Source: Lama glama (taxonomy: Eukaryota). Taken from it: a stretch of 64,000 nt of DNA. Of the stretch, positions 11,925-23,600 are shown in pieces. The stretch lies in contig CM052816.1 of assembly GCA_028534125.1 (NCBI GenBank), positions 5,148,001 to 5,212,000 on the forward strand, read 5' to 3'. Under the pieces are notes generated by a model. The model was not told where the DNA came from and made no database searches. It saw only the letters and a program-made list of their open reading frames with translations. The translations under genes were made by a program, and so were the position numbers. Position 1 is the first letter of the stretch; each line of letters begins with the position of its first letter.

Positions 11925-12125
11925 CATAACTGAATGGAAAGAAGTGTCTCAACCTCTGAAGTCAGACAGTCCCTGTTTAAATACCTGACTCCTACCACTA
12001 AAAGGCCCTTCACCTCTCTGTGACTCAGTTTTCTGTCTGTAAAATGGGGACAGTAACAAACACAAGGGTTGTTGAGAGAGTTAAGTACGATTGTATATAA
12101 AGGTCCTGGCAATAAATGCATTTCT
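11925..12125 (+). mobile_element. MIR SINE
   Basis: cctctctgtgactcagttttctgtctgtaaaatgggga..gggttgttgagag. Confidence 0.8.
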
Positions 12126-12468
12126 TTTCCCATTTTCCAGGGGGAGGGAACAGAGTTTGGAGCTGTTAAGTGACATGCCTGGCCAAGGTTCAGTGGCTGG
12201 CAGGGGCAATTGATTTAGAATCAAATCCAAGTCTCTTCCAGAACAGTGGGCTGTGTCCGATCATTTTAGTTCCTATTTTTTGAGCATCTACAAATGCCTG
12301 AGCTGAATGGTGTTCCACTGAGTAGCAGCTCTGACCAGGTATAACTATTATTCTCATTCCACCGACGAGGCTTAAATAATTATGCCAGTTCCGTAAGGTC
12401 TCACAAATGAAGAAGCAGCAGAGTTGGTATTCCAATACAAGTCTGACTTCCAAGCTCAAGATTTTAAC

Positions 12469-12879
12469 CAGGAGTTGGCAAATTACAGCCCACAGGCCAA
12501 ATCTGCCCCACTTCCTGTTTCTATAAATAAAGTTTTATTGGAACATGGTCATGTTCATTTGTTTATAGGCTGCCTGTGGCTACTTCTACGGTAAAAAGGC
12601 AGAGTGAGTCACTGAAAATGGACTATCAAGGGGGGAGAGCATAACTTAGTGGTAGAGTACATGCTTAGCATGCACGAGGTCCTGGGTTCAATCCCCAGTA
12701 CTCCATTAAATAAATAAATAAAACTAATCACCTCTCCCTCTCAAAAAAAAAAAAAGTTTGACAAAGAAAAAAAAATAAGAAAAGGAAAAAAAAAAAAAAG
12801 AAAATGGACAATCTACCTGACTTGCAAAGCCTGAAACATTTACTGTCTGGTTATTGGCCAAAAAAGTATGCCTAGCCTG
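12469..12879 (+). mobile_element. MER58A hAT-Charlie element split by a SINE
   Basis: caggagttggcaaattacagcccacaggccaaatctg..ataaagttttattggaaca..gcaaagcctgaaacatttact. Confidence 0.85.
12630..12799 (+). mobile_element. tRNA-Ala-derived SINE (vic-1-like)
   Basis: Full head and long A tail; TSD gaaaatggactatc / gaaaatggacaatc. Confidence 0.93.
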
Positions 12880-13104
12880 ACTCTTAACCACAATTTTATA
12901 GTCTTTTCTTGAGAATTTAAAAAGAGAATCTTCTTAACACCAAGACACATTTTTAGGCAGTTGGGTAAGTACTTGACATGAATTCTGTAATAAATAGAGA
13001 TTGAATCACTGCCTGGTACTCCTTCCATTTCTCCTCCATCTCTCACTAGACAGAACTTCTTTGTCATGGGAGATGGGCTGAGTAAAACAAAGACAGAGGC
13101 ATGA

Positions 13105-13684
13105 TAGCAGCACTATATACAATAGCCAAGATAGGGAAACAACCCTAATGTCTGTCGACAGATGACTGGATAGAGAATTTGTATTTTTATATGATGGAAT
13201 ACTACTTAGCCATAAAAAAGAATAAAATAATGCCATTTGCAGCAACATGGATAGATCAAGAGATCATCATTCTAAGTGAAGTAAGCCAGAAAGAGAAAGA
13301 AAAATAACATATGATATCACTTATATGTGGAATCTAAAAAAAAAGACAAACTTATTTACAAAACAGAAACAGACTCACAGACATAGAAAACAAATTTATG
13401 GTTTCCAGGGGGAACTTAACAGTTAACAGGGAGGGTGGAAGGGGGTGGGAAGGGATAAATTTAGAGTTCAAGATTTGCAGATACTAATATATATAAAATA
13501 GATAAACAACAAGTTCATACTGTATAGCACAGGGAACTATATTCAATATCTTGTAGTACCTATGGTGAAAAAGAATATGATAATGAATATATGTATGTTC
13601 ATGTATGACTGAAGCATTATGCTGTACACCAGAAATTGACACATTGTAAACTGACTAGACTTCAATAAAAATACATATATTTGT
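13105..13684 (+). mobile_element. 5'-truncated camelid-type L1 (ORF2 end plus 3' UTR)
   Basis: tgccatttgcagcaacatggatagat...; TSD AAAGACA(G/A)AGGCATGA at 13089-13104 and 13685-13700. Confidence 0.93.
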
Positions 13685-14752
13685 AAAGACAAAGGCATGA
13701 GTCAAGTGCATGAACAATATTTTACACCTGTATATTGTGAAATAATCAGGGACCTTTATTTTATTTAAATTTTTTATTATGCAAAATGATTTAACTGTAT
13801 TACTTACTGATTGATATTTACCATTTATTATTAATGCTATTTATTATAACTCTCAGAACTGTATCTTTTCTCCTTTTAAATATATGATCTCCATTGTGAA
13901 TATATAATATCTCAGGACCACCTCCTTTCCCAGAGACTGAGATTTTTAGCCACAACCAAGGAGATAATAGATTTCGATATACAGGGAATAAAGAATAGAT
14001 TCAGTCCACAAAAAAAAAAAAAAGATTCTGAGCAGAAATAGTACTGAACCGGGAGTCAAGAGACTTTGGTTTTAGTCGTAGCACTATCTTATCAATTGGG
14101 TGACTTGGGTTTCTCATAAAGTCCTCCAATGCCTCAGTTTCCCGTTATAAAATGGAGCTATTGGACCAGATGACTGACTGCTAATGGCTCTTCCTAGTAT
14201 GGCAGTGTATTCCCATAAAAAAACACACCAAAATAAAGCCTTTGGGGACAGTTCTGCCAAGAGGCAGAGGCTTCACAGAGACGACCAGTGATCCCCTAAC
14301 AGGGATTCTGTGTTCTGAACTTAGCAACTCCTTTGGGAGTAGGGGACTGTCTGTGTGCACCAGGCACCTTCCCAATCATTTTTGTTTTTGTCACAGGATC
14401 CTGGACTGTTTTATCAGAAGAAGGGGGATTTAGGTCTGATGAGGTTAGAGTGTCCCTGGCGGGGGGCAGTGGGTCAGAAGACGCTGGCAGTTGGTCATCG
14501 TGATGGGGAGGAGGGGCAGCTGAAGGAAGCGGCGGCTCTGTCCTGTCATCTCCCCTTGTCCTCCGGACTGCTCTATCAGAGCACCGGGAGCAGGACAGGA
14601 CGGACATGTCATCGCTGTGAGGGGCGTGGGTGTCCCCACCTTCCTGCTAATCCCCATCATGATTACCCTCTCCCTAGGCAGGAACCAGGACATTTCGGTC
14701 ATTATTTCCTATCACTTTTTACAATATGATAGGCAAAAAACTTCTCATTGTT

Positions 14753-14779
14753 TTTTTTTTGTTTTTGTTTTTTTTTTTT
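14753..14779 (-). mobile_element. Solo poly(A) insertion with 18-bp TSD
   Basis: AAAAAACTTCTCATTGTT at 14735-14752 and 14780-14797 flanks only a T-rich tract. Confidence 0.75.
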
Positions 14780-15239
14780 AAAAAACTTCTCATTGTTGTT
14801 TCAATTTGTGTAGCTATTTGATCACTCTAAGATTTGGCCTTTTTCTTGTTTAGCTATTTGTGTTCTTACTTTTGTAAATGGATTATTCATGGCCTTTGCT
14901 TTAATTTTTTTCCTGTTAGCAATATTTATCTTTTCTCTTTTGATTTTTTTGAAGTTACATACTTAATATGTAAATATATCTTTTGTTTGGCCAAGCTTTT
15001 ACAAAATCAAACAAAACTGGCGTAGCAAGAAAGTGTTAATAGCCTCCCCTTCCTTCCTCTGCAATTCTGAACTCCAGAGGAAGCCACTGATAATTAACAT
15101 TTGCTGGGGAACTGTTGTTTGTTTTCTGTATTTGTACAAACTTATTCAAATACACACATATGTGTATATATATATATATATTTAAATTTTTTATAAAAGT
15201 GGAAACATACTATATCTTTTTTGATTCTTCTTTTTAAAA

Positions 15240-15386
15240 ATATTGTATTTATTTGTTTCTTGTTTATGGGGGCAGGTAATTAGGTTTATTTATTTACTTA
15301 TTTTTTAATGAAAGCACTGAGGATTGAACCCAGGACTTCATGCATGCTACGCGCACACTCTACCACTGAGCTATACCCACCCTCCC
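15240..15386 (-). mobile_element. tRNA-Ala-derived SINE (vic-1-like)
   Basis: ggtaattaggtttattt..gattgaacccaggac..ctaccactgagctatacc. Confidence 0.92.
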
Positions 15387-15394
15387 TCTTTATT

Positions 15395-15545
15395 TTTTAA
15401 AAAACACATTTATTGTGTTATGGTTCCTGTACAGTAAACTACACACATTTCAGATGCACAATTTGATGAATTTTGATAGATGTGTACACCCATGAAACCA
15501 CCACCACAATCAAGATAGCTAACATTTCCAACACTCCCCAAGAGG
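15395..15545 (-). mobile_element. Old L1M 3' end
   Basis: cacaatttgatgaattttgatagatgtgtacacccatgaaaccaccaccacaatcaagat. Confidence 0.8.
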
Positions 15546-15635
15546 TGCAGTTTTCAAATTCTCAAATTTATCCCTTCCCACCCCTTCTAGCCCCTGGTAA
15601 CCATAAGTTTGTTCTCTGTCTCTGAGTCTGTTTCT
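15546..15635 (-). mobile_element. Internal fragment of camelid-type L1 3' UTR
   Basis: Reverse complement of the segment at about 13365-13480. Confidence 0.8.
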
Positions 15636-15693
15636 GGGAAACACACTATAACTTTGAATCTGAAAATTATTTTTAAAAATTCTACACTGTAGT

Positions 15694-15882
15694 GGGGGAG
15701 GGTATAGCTCACTTGGAGTGCGTGCTAAGCATGCAGGAAGCCAGCAATTCAATAAATAAGTAAATTACCTCCTCTCTGCAAAAAAAAAAGGAAAAATAAG
15801 AAAAAAAAGGGAAAAAAAGAAAAAAAAGAGAAAAGAAAAAAGAAAAAAAAGAAAGAAAAAAAAGAAGAAAGAAAACAACAAC
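15694..15882 (+). mobile_element. tRNA-Ala-derived SINE (vic-1-like), internally deleted, long A-rich tail
   Basis: gggggagggtatagctca; TSD aaaaattctacactgta / aaaagttctacattgta. Confidence 0.88.
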
Positions 15883-15979
15883 AAAAGTTCTACATTGTAA
15901 CCTGAACTAGCTGTCTCTTAGATCCGAGGCCTCTTCTCTGTTTCACAGATTCTTTATTGTCATCCTCGCTTCAAGAACC

Positions 15980-16121
15980 ATATTCAATACCTTGTAGTAA
16001 CTTACGGTGAAAAAGAATATGAAAATGAATATATGCATGTTCATGTATGACTGAAGCATTGTGCTGTGCACCAGAAATTGACCCAACATTGTGAACTGAC
16101 TATACTTCAATTAAAAAAAAA
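15980..16121 (+). mobile_element. L1 3'-end stub
   Basis: atattcaataccttgtagtaac..gactatacttcaattaaaaaaaa; flanks caagaacca / caagaatca. Confidence 0.9.
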
Positions 16122-18489
16122 TAGAGTTGGGCAAGAATCATGAGGCCGGTGTTACAGATTAGAGACGCTGAGGCTCAGGGAGGAAACGTGATTCACCCAG
16201 ATCCTTCCACAACTCAATACCAGGATGAGAACGCCAGGGTGAAACCCCCTCATTCTGTCAGATGCCTTCTCTATGCCGAGTGAATCAGAACTTCTGTTCC
16301 TAACATCACCCTCCTGAGGTGCACAGGCTGGAGCTGGGGGTCAGAATGTAGGTACTAAGAGAGTCCATGATGGAAGAAAAAGTCAACCACCCCACCCCAA
16401 GGCTCTAATCAATTTCTAATGTGCTAAGTGACCTTGGGTAAGTGATTGGCCCTCTCTGGGCTCCCTGTGCCCTGTATCTATGACATGAAGGCTTTGGCCT
16501 AATCCGAGGATTTCAAACTGTGCTCTTTGGGGCTGCAGGGGCCCCTGCAGGTTACTGTTCCTCAAAAGAGATCACAGAGGGCATGGTCAGGGATGCTCAT
16601 CACAGCACCATTTGTGTTGGTGAAAAGTTGGAAGCAACTGCCACGTCTACCAGGTGAGGGTGAGTTCCATGAATCAGATCATGCGTGCATTCCTCTCTTC
16701 ATCCACTCATGGAAGAATTATTGACTAACTACTGCCAGGCCCTGTTTTAGACACTGGAAATCACCAGTGAACAAGACCGACCGAGTCTCCATCCTCTTGG
16801 AGCTTACCTGGAAGGCAGGGCCACCCTGCTTTGAGCCGCACCCCAGTTAGGTGAAATGAGATGGACTTCTACGTCTCAGCATGGATGCGTCTCTAGGCCA
16901 CAGGGCTGAGTGGTAGAAGCAAGGTGCCAAGACTGGGGTGGGCTGATCCCTTCTATGTAAACCCCACCCCCTACAGCATAAGTGTGGATGCCTGGCTGTA
17001 GGTGGACAGATATATGAAAAGGTGCTGAGGAGGGTTTGGGAGTGCATCTCCAAATGATGCTCTTGCTTCTGGAAAGAGAGGGGCATAGTCCATGATTGAG
17101 GATACCTTGTCTGGGGCATTTTAACGTCATCTGTATTTTTTTAAACAAGGAAGACATATTCAAATACTGTTTGCAATTAAAATATATCTGCTTTTAAGGC
17201 TTAAAATAAACTTAAGTCCCGAGAGAAGGGAAGGACAAAAAGAAATTCACAAGCTTCAGTCTCACTAAGTCCTACCCCCCAAACCTAACACATGCGGGCT
17301 TTATGATCTACCCAAAGCTAGGAAGCTTTTTGCTTTGGGGATCAGAGATTTTAAATTAAACAAACTAATGACTACTATTGCCTGGATCCAAGACCAAGCC
17401 AGCTTCATCATCGAGGCAGCATCCACTGTGTTCAGCCCCAGCTGGTCCCCCTTGGCTACTTAAAAGCCTTGGCGTTGCTGGACGGGGACATCTCCTCCAA
17501 GACTTATTTTACAAATGAGGAAACCTAGGCCCAGACATCATGATTTTTTATTCTTTTTCTTTGTAAATGTATTGAATATATTTGACCTATAACATTATGT
17601 AAATTGAAGGTGTACAGCATGTTAAATGATTTCTCATTTTGCCAAGGACTCACTGAGTGGTGGCGCCCAGATTACAAAGCAGGAAGGAAGCCTGACCTGC
17701 CTCCAGATCCTAGGCCCCATGAAGCGGGGAGGAAGGGGATGGGACGGAGGGGAAGCCACCCTCCGGACTCCCACTGGAAGATCCAATGATGAGTCCTGGT
17801 GTCTGACACATGCTGAAAGGAAGCCTTGTCAACATGGAAGGAGATCAAGGTGGCCGGGGGGTGCTGAAACCTCCTGTCGGGTCCAGCATCTCTGAGGAGA
17901 TAGGGACACTTCGGACGCTGTCCCCGCCCCCTCCTTGAGCTCTCTCCACTCGAATTCCGAGGGGCTTTGGAATCACTAGACTGTCTCCCGCTCCCAGGAA
18001 ACCCCAGGCTTCAGTGGAGCCAGGCGGCCGGCCATCCATCATCCTTATCTCCTGGCTCTGGCGGCCCCAGGTCCCTGGCCTGGATGGGCCCAGGGGGCCT
18101 GGAGGGCGGGGGGTCGGGTTGGGGCGGGGGGTCCTTGATAACAAGAAAAGCAGCTGTCCCCTGGGGGAGCTTCAAAGTGCCTGGAGCTGAAATTTATGGG
18201 CAGAGTTGTTCACAGTAGGGGCCAGAGGGCCATTTATCCCAGAAATATTTATTGAGTACCTACTGTGTGCCAGGCACTGGGCTGGGGGAATCTTATGGGC
18301 CCAGAGAGATTTTTGTGGTTGTTAGGTTAACATGTCTACCTCAGTGGACTAGGTTTGATGAATGAATTTGTCATCAATTTATTAAGTGTTTATTAAGCGC
18401 CCACTGTGTGCTGGGGGTTTCTGGAAATCCAAGGCTATTGGAATGGTTAAATGAATACTCCCCACACTGTGCACACGGTCTGAGATCCA

Positions 18490-18670
18490 CTAATGCAGTG
18501 GTCCTAAGCTTTGGAGTCTGTCAGACGAGCAAGTTACTAAACCCCCCTGGGTCTCAGCTTTCTTGGCTGTGAAACCGGGGTAATGACTGTACCTATTGCA
18601 TGGGGTTTGAGAGAGGAGGAAATAAAATAAGAAACTGTGGGTCAAAAGCTTAGCCCGAGCCTGGTGGATG
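18490..18670 (+). mobile_element. MIR SINE
   Basis: gagcaagttactaaac..tctcagctttcttggctgtgaaa..gtacctattgcatgggg. Confidence 0.7.
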
Positions 18671-19464
18671 GTCATCTTGCACCAAAGGTGGCTATTTTAG
18701 TGATTGCAAACAATCGGCACCATTTGTTTGTTACATATGTGCTGAGTGCCTGCTGTGCACTGGGCAGTTGCTGGCAGGGCAACTGGCATGTCAGCTGGGA
18801 GGGTTTGCAAGAGCCCCTACCTCTTTCCTCAGGTCTCTCCTTGGCTAAGTCTTCGAGGTGTTAAAGAGGGGTTCCTGCACGGGGCCCAGGAGAGGGCCTT
18901 GGCAACTCCTCAAATTCCTTTCACCCCAAGACTCGAAGGGTCTATGATCCTCTTTCCAGGTAGGGTCCTGGACGGGCACTTCCCTACCTTCCAGGCAGCC
19001 CATGAGGAAGGCCTTCCTTCTGAGACCTGCCCTTCGGAGATTTCCCCCATGAGTGTCCTAGCTCTGTCCCTTGGGCCTCACCCCAACTCTCTGAGCCTCA
19101 GTTTATTCATCTACAAAATGGGGACAGCAATAGTTCCTATCCTATAGGGTTACTAGGAGGATAAAATGAGATAAAGTTATGAAGCCCTTGGCACAAGGTC
19201 TGCACAACGAAGGCTATGATGAAGGGCAGCCGATAACAAGCAACAACATCATTTCACCGGGAATCAACAAAAGGAGGAGGTGGAGGGAGAGGAATAAGGG
19301 GCAGGCGGACCAGAGCTGTGCTTTCTCAGGTGGGAAGCAGTTCTCAGTGCTCAGGGAGCCTAAGTTTGGCAAAGGGAGAGCACACATGATTCCCAGAGAT
19401 GTTTCCCAGCTCGGAAAATCTGGGACACAGGGAAGAGAGGGCACCTGGAACTAGTGCAGCCCTC

Positions 19465-19478
19465 CCGCCAGGGGGCAG
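19465..19478 (+). promoter_or_regulatory. Candidate CTCF site
   Basis: CCGCCAGGGGGCAG fits the CCRSYAGRKGGCRS core. Confidence 0.55.
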
Positions 19479-19611
19479 TGTGCCCACTTCCACGCGCAGA
19501 GGAGCAAGTGAGACCCCTGAAGGGGACGCGGAGTGCTGGGCACCCCCAGAGCTTGGTCTTCTCTCTCACTGCCCCCAAGGCAGCAGTGGGGAGGAAGGCT
19601 CCCCCGGACAG

Positions 19612-20005
19612 CGCTAGGGGTTGCATTGTGTTCCCTCCCTAAAATTCAGATTTTGAAATCCTAACCCCCTAGCACCTCAGGATGTGAACTTATTTGGAGC
19701 CAGGGTCTTTACAGAGGGAGTCAAGTTAAAATGAGGTCATTAGGGTGGACCCTCATTCCGTAAAACTGGTGTCCTTCTTAGAAGGGGAATTTGGACACAG
19801 AGCTGTGCAGAGACAGACGACATGGAGCAGACGGCCGCCCACAGATAAGAGGGGATGAAGGCCTGGAACAGACCCCTCACAACCCGCAGAAGGAACCAAC
19901 CCTGCCAACACGTTGATTTTGGACTTCCCAGCCTCCAGAAACGGGAGAACACATTTCTGTTGTTTAAGCCACCAGTCTGGGGCACTCTTAGGGCAGCCCC
20001 CTGAC
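19612..20005 (+). mobile_element. MaLR solo LTR (MLT1B-like)
   Basis: aagttaaaatgaggtcattagggtgg..agaaggaaccaaccctgccaacac..atttctgttgtttaagccacc. Confidence 0.88.
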
Positions 20006-20649
20006 ACTGTGTGTGGAGCCCCCCAAGGAAGGCTCCGAGGGCTTCCCTGCCTGTCCGGGAGGCTGGCTCCTCTCCAGAACCCTGGGACGTTGGGCAGAAG
20101 CTGGGAGGCAGGCCTGGCAGGTCTGACCGCCAGGCTGAGGCCTTTGTATCCATCTTCCTCCTTCATGTGGCTCTCTGAGAGGAGAACACCCATCTTCCTG
20201 GTGCCTTCTGGCGGCAACTGGAATAACCTCACCCGCCGCTGTCCTCTGGGAAGACCTGCCGGGCATGCTCTGGTCTCCCTGGGACTGGGGATTTGTCAGA
20301 GAATCTGGGAATTATGGAGCCGGCTGCATCCATTTCCTCCTCTCTCTGTGATCTTTCTTCTCTTCCCTCCTTCCTTCATCGCTGGCTCTCCTCCTCCTGG
20401 ACTGTGCTCACCCCGCCCCCACCCACACCCCACCCCAAGTCGGCTTCCTCCTGATTCCTCAGCCTCCCAGGCCACCCTCACCTGGTGGCCCTTGGCAGAG
20501 CAAGGGACAGTCCAGAGCCCAAGGTTGCCTTGGAGACAGAGGCAAGAAAAGTCTAAACTGACTTCTTTGGAGCCGAGTAGAAATTATCCAGAGCTGGTTT
20601 CTCCTCCCACCTTCCAGCGAGCCTTGTTCTTGTCCGTGGCCTGGATACA

Positions 20650-20830
20650 TTATTGTATTTTGCTTTAATTGCATTAAAGCAAATGACTATGTCACCCTGT
20701 GGTTTCGATCAGGTCAGGGATCTGATAATCAATCCTGGCACAGTCTAGACGGGAGTCACTTTGAAGCTGTTTTTAGCAGGATGAGAACAAACAATTTTGC
20801 CAAAGTGGTCACATTAGGCAAACAGGCTGG
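20650..20830. promoter_or_regulatory. Candidate conserved enhancer with P3 homeodomain palindrome
   Basis: TTTGCTTTAAT-TGC-ATTAAAGCAAA 20659-20683, followed by AGGTCA, GATAATCAAT, CTTTGAA, AACAAACAAT. Confidence 0.45.
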
Positions 20831-21944
20831 TGTGTCATCTTTTTGGGAGGGAGCGTGCCCTGGCTCCAGGCAGCCTGCTGAGTGACCCCCAGGCCCCCAG
20901 GAGGAAAGAGGACTGCACCTCCTGGGACGCAAAGAACTTGATGCAGAGATTCCACAGGCTTAGGTCTCCCAAGATGTGAAACCTGTTCCAGGTGCCTCTT
21001 CCAGGAAGCCAATCCTGACTGATGCCACCTGGCTTGGGGCCGAAAGGTAGTATCGTGCAGTGTGAGATGGCTGGTCAGAGAGATGGAAGAAAGATGGAAG
21101 CCGTACAGGGCACTGCAAGAGGTGGGATCACGTCCTGCAAAATTACTCTCTCTTCTGTTCTCTTTCAGTCCTTCAGATTTCACCAAGAGCAAAGCCGCAG
21201 TGTTGTCTAGTCTGTCTCTAACAGGGCTCCAATGTTTGCTAATCTACCCTTTTAACAGAGAGAGCAGGATTGGGGCTCTGCAAGGCGCTAAAATGTAGCT
21301 AGATTTCAATAACAGTATTTTGTTTTCCTTGTATTAACTTCCTACAGTCTTTTTCAAACAATACTGGTTTTCCCCTGGATGGAAAGTGAACCATTGTTGA
21401 AGCACAGTAAGGTGGAGGAGAAGTCAGGAGCCGAAGGAGGACTTTGGGAGGCAAGGCTTGGGGATCTCACACACAGGACCCATGCCAGCTCCGCACTCAC
21501 CTGCCTGTGTGACTTTGGGCAGATCGCTTGGCTCTCTGAGCCTTGGTTTCTCCAGGTAAAATGGAGTTGACGATGTTCTGCACAGGGCTATAGTGAGGAT
21601 TTTCTGAGAGTGTAAGCCTGCAGCATCCAGACGGTGCTTGGTGTGGTGTCTGCACTCTGCCTGGTGGCCTTGCTCCTTACAGAGGGCTCATTCCCCTCCG
21701 CCATTCTCAGAGCCTTTGCTGGTCCCTCAGGTGAAACTGACTAGGCTGCAGGTTCAGAGGAAACAAAAGAATCCTGGAGCTCCCAGCCATGCTCCACCCA
21801 GCTCGAGCTCCCAGCCTTGGGCTTGCCCCGTCCCTGTGCTAGGCATCAATTTCCCCACCTGTCAGCAGAGGCTCTGATGAAATGATTTTAAGATCCCTTG
21901 CTCTGATATAAGAACATTTTGGAGTTACAATTCCACAAGAGAAG

Positions 21945-22036
21945 GCAGGTTAGAAATGCAGACTCTCAGGCCCTACTCAGAGCTCCTGAATCAGAATCTT
22001 CATTTTAACAAGATATCCAGCACTTGAAAAGCACTG
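21945..22036. mobile_element. MER5-like hAT fragment
   Basis: gttagaaatgcagactctcaggccc..tgaatcagaatct..cattttaacaagat. Confidence 0.75.
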
Positions 22037-22839
22037 ATATATACCACCAGTCTGAAACAAAGAGTTGTAGATGCTTTTACATCTTCAGATATATTTATAG
22101 ATTTCTCAGGAATTTAAAAACAATGAACATATCATTTTTTCCTCAAAACAATAAAGCTGTTACAAAAATGTTAAATGAACCCAACCCAGTTCAGAGAAGA
22201 AATGATTTATGGAAACCTGGTCAACAGTTTTCCCAGGAAATTTTCCTTCTGTGTAAGGTAGGGTTCCCCACTTTCCATAGGTTAGCCTCTTTCTAGCAAG
22301 TGTCTCCCTCATGCCTGATTCCTGGAGGGCTGTGTGTGTGTGTCGTTATGTGTGTGTGTATGGTGTGTGTGTGGTGTGTGTGTGACTGTGTCTTGTAGCT
22401 GATCCACTGAGCAGGAACTTCAGCCAAGTCAGCAAAACCAGGATGGAAAAAAAACTAGATTCCTAAGGGCTTCAGTGTAAGCCTGGGGAGCTTGGGCAAC
22501 CAGCCCTCAGATAAACCGGGGCAGCGCGCACTGCGGATTAGTCAGGCATCCTGGCTTTCCCGTTGGGCCCACCTCCTTCAGGGCTTCCTGCCTCTCCCTC
22601 TCGTCTAGCTGGGGTCCTCTGTTTCTCCTCATCTCCAAAACAAAGCCCCAAACACTGGGCTATCCATTTCAAGGAATTTATCCCCAAGAAGCGATCCCGA
22701 TGTAGGCAAAGATCTTCCTACAAGAATGTTCATCACATGCTGTTGATAAGAGTGAGAAGCCAGAAAAAAAAATCCAAGTGTCCAAGAATAGGGGCCCGAG
22801 GTCACTTTGTGATGTATTTCATTCCCGGAGGCAGTGCCT

Positions 22840-23065
22840 GGGAGTGGGTCAGCAGTTACATGCCGGAGTCGGCAGGTCTGGACTTGAGAGAGATTTTAAG
22901 CAAGTTATTTAGCCTCTCCAAGCCTCACTTTCTTCAGCTGTGAAATGGGGGTGATAAGAATACCCAATTCATTTTCTTGTCCTGAGGATCAAATGAGGAC
23001 ACACATGGAAAATGATTAACACTGCGCCTGGCGCACAGTAAGCTCTTGGTAAATGGTGGTTTGCT
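22840..23065 (+). mobile_element. MIR SINE
   Basis: caagttatttagcctctccaagcctcactttcttcagctgtgaaatgggg..gcctggcgcacagtaagc. Confidence 0.8.
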
Positions 23066-23399
23066 GTGCGCCTGTTCAGATATAGACCAATGTTGGAGAT
23101 GAACATTAATGACATGGAAATATATGTATGGCACAGGGAAAGTGAAAAAAGCAGATTATAACTCAGCATAATCCATTTTGTAAGCATATGTGTACGTATT
23201 CACATTTAACATGGCATGGAATCGATAAACACAAAGTGGAGATGTGGTTGCTACCAGAACAGGAAATGTCTGGCCACCGGGTAACCCCTTCTCATTTTTC
23301 AGGCTCACTTCCATCCTCTCTGCCTGTGAGTGCCAGGGAAAATCAGATTTGGATCGATTTTTGATAAGGACCATACAGATAAAACAAAAGCGGTTCCAG

Positions 23400-23600
23400 G
23401 TGAGTGCTTGCTAAGAGCCAGCTACCTTCTAGCTTTCCTCATCTATTGTTCACAACCACCTGAGGTGGGTACAATTATCTCCATTTTACAGATGAGGAAA
23501 CTGAGGCACAAAGGAGCTGAGTAGTAATTTGTCCAAGGAGTCACAGCCAAAAGAGGTTAGAAGATAGTTTCCATCCCAGGCTCTTAATTACTATGCAGTC
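23400..23600 (-). mobile_element. MIR SINE
   Basis: ccattttacagatgaggaaactgaggcaca core. Confidence 0.85.

Noticed and set aside
15546..16121. Twin-priming 5' inversion joining the - L1 fragment and the + L1 stub
   Set aside because: They are separated by non-L1 sequence, the + stub has its own flanking duplication (caagaacca / caagaatca), and no shared outer TSD is visible
19913..20668. Longest ORF (251 aa)
   Set aside because: Starts at a non-ATG codon inside an MLT1B LTR, has Pro/Leu/Ser-rich composition and no recognisable domain; expected by chance in GC-rich DNA
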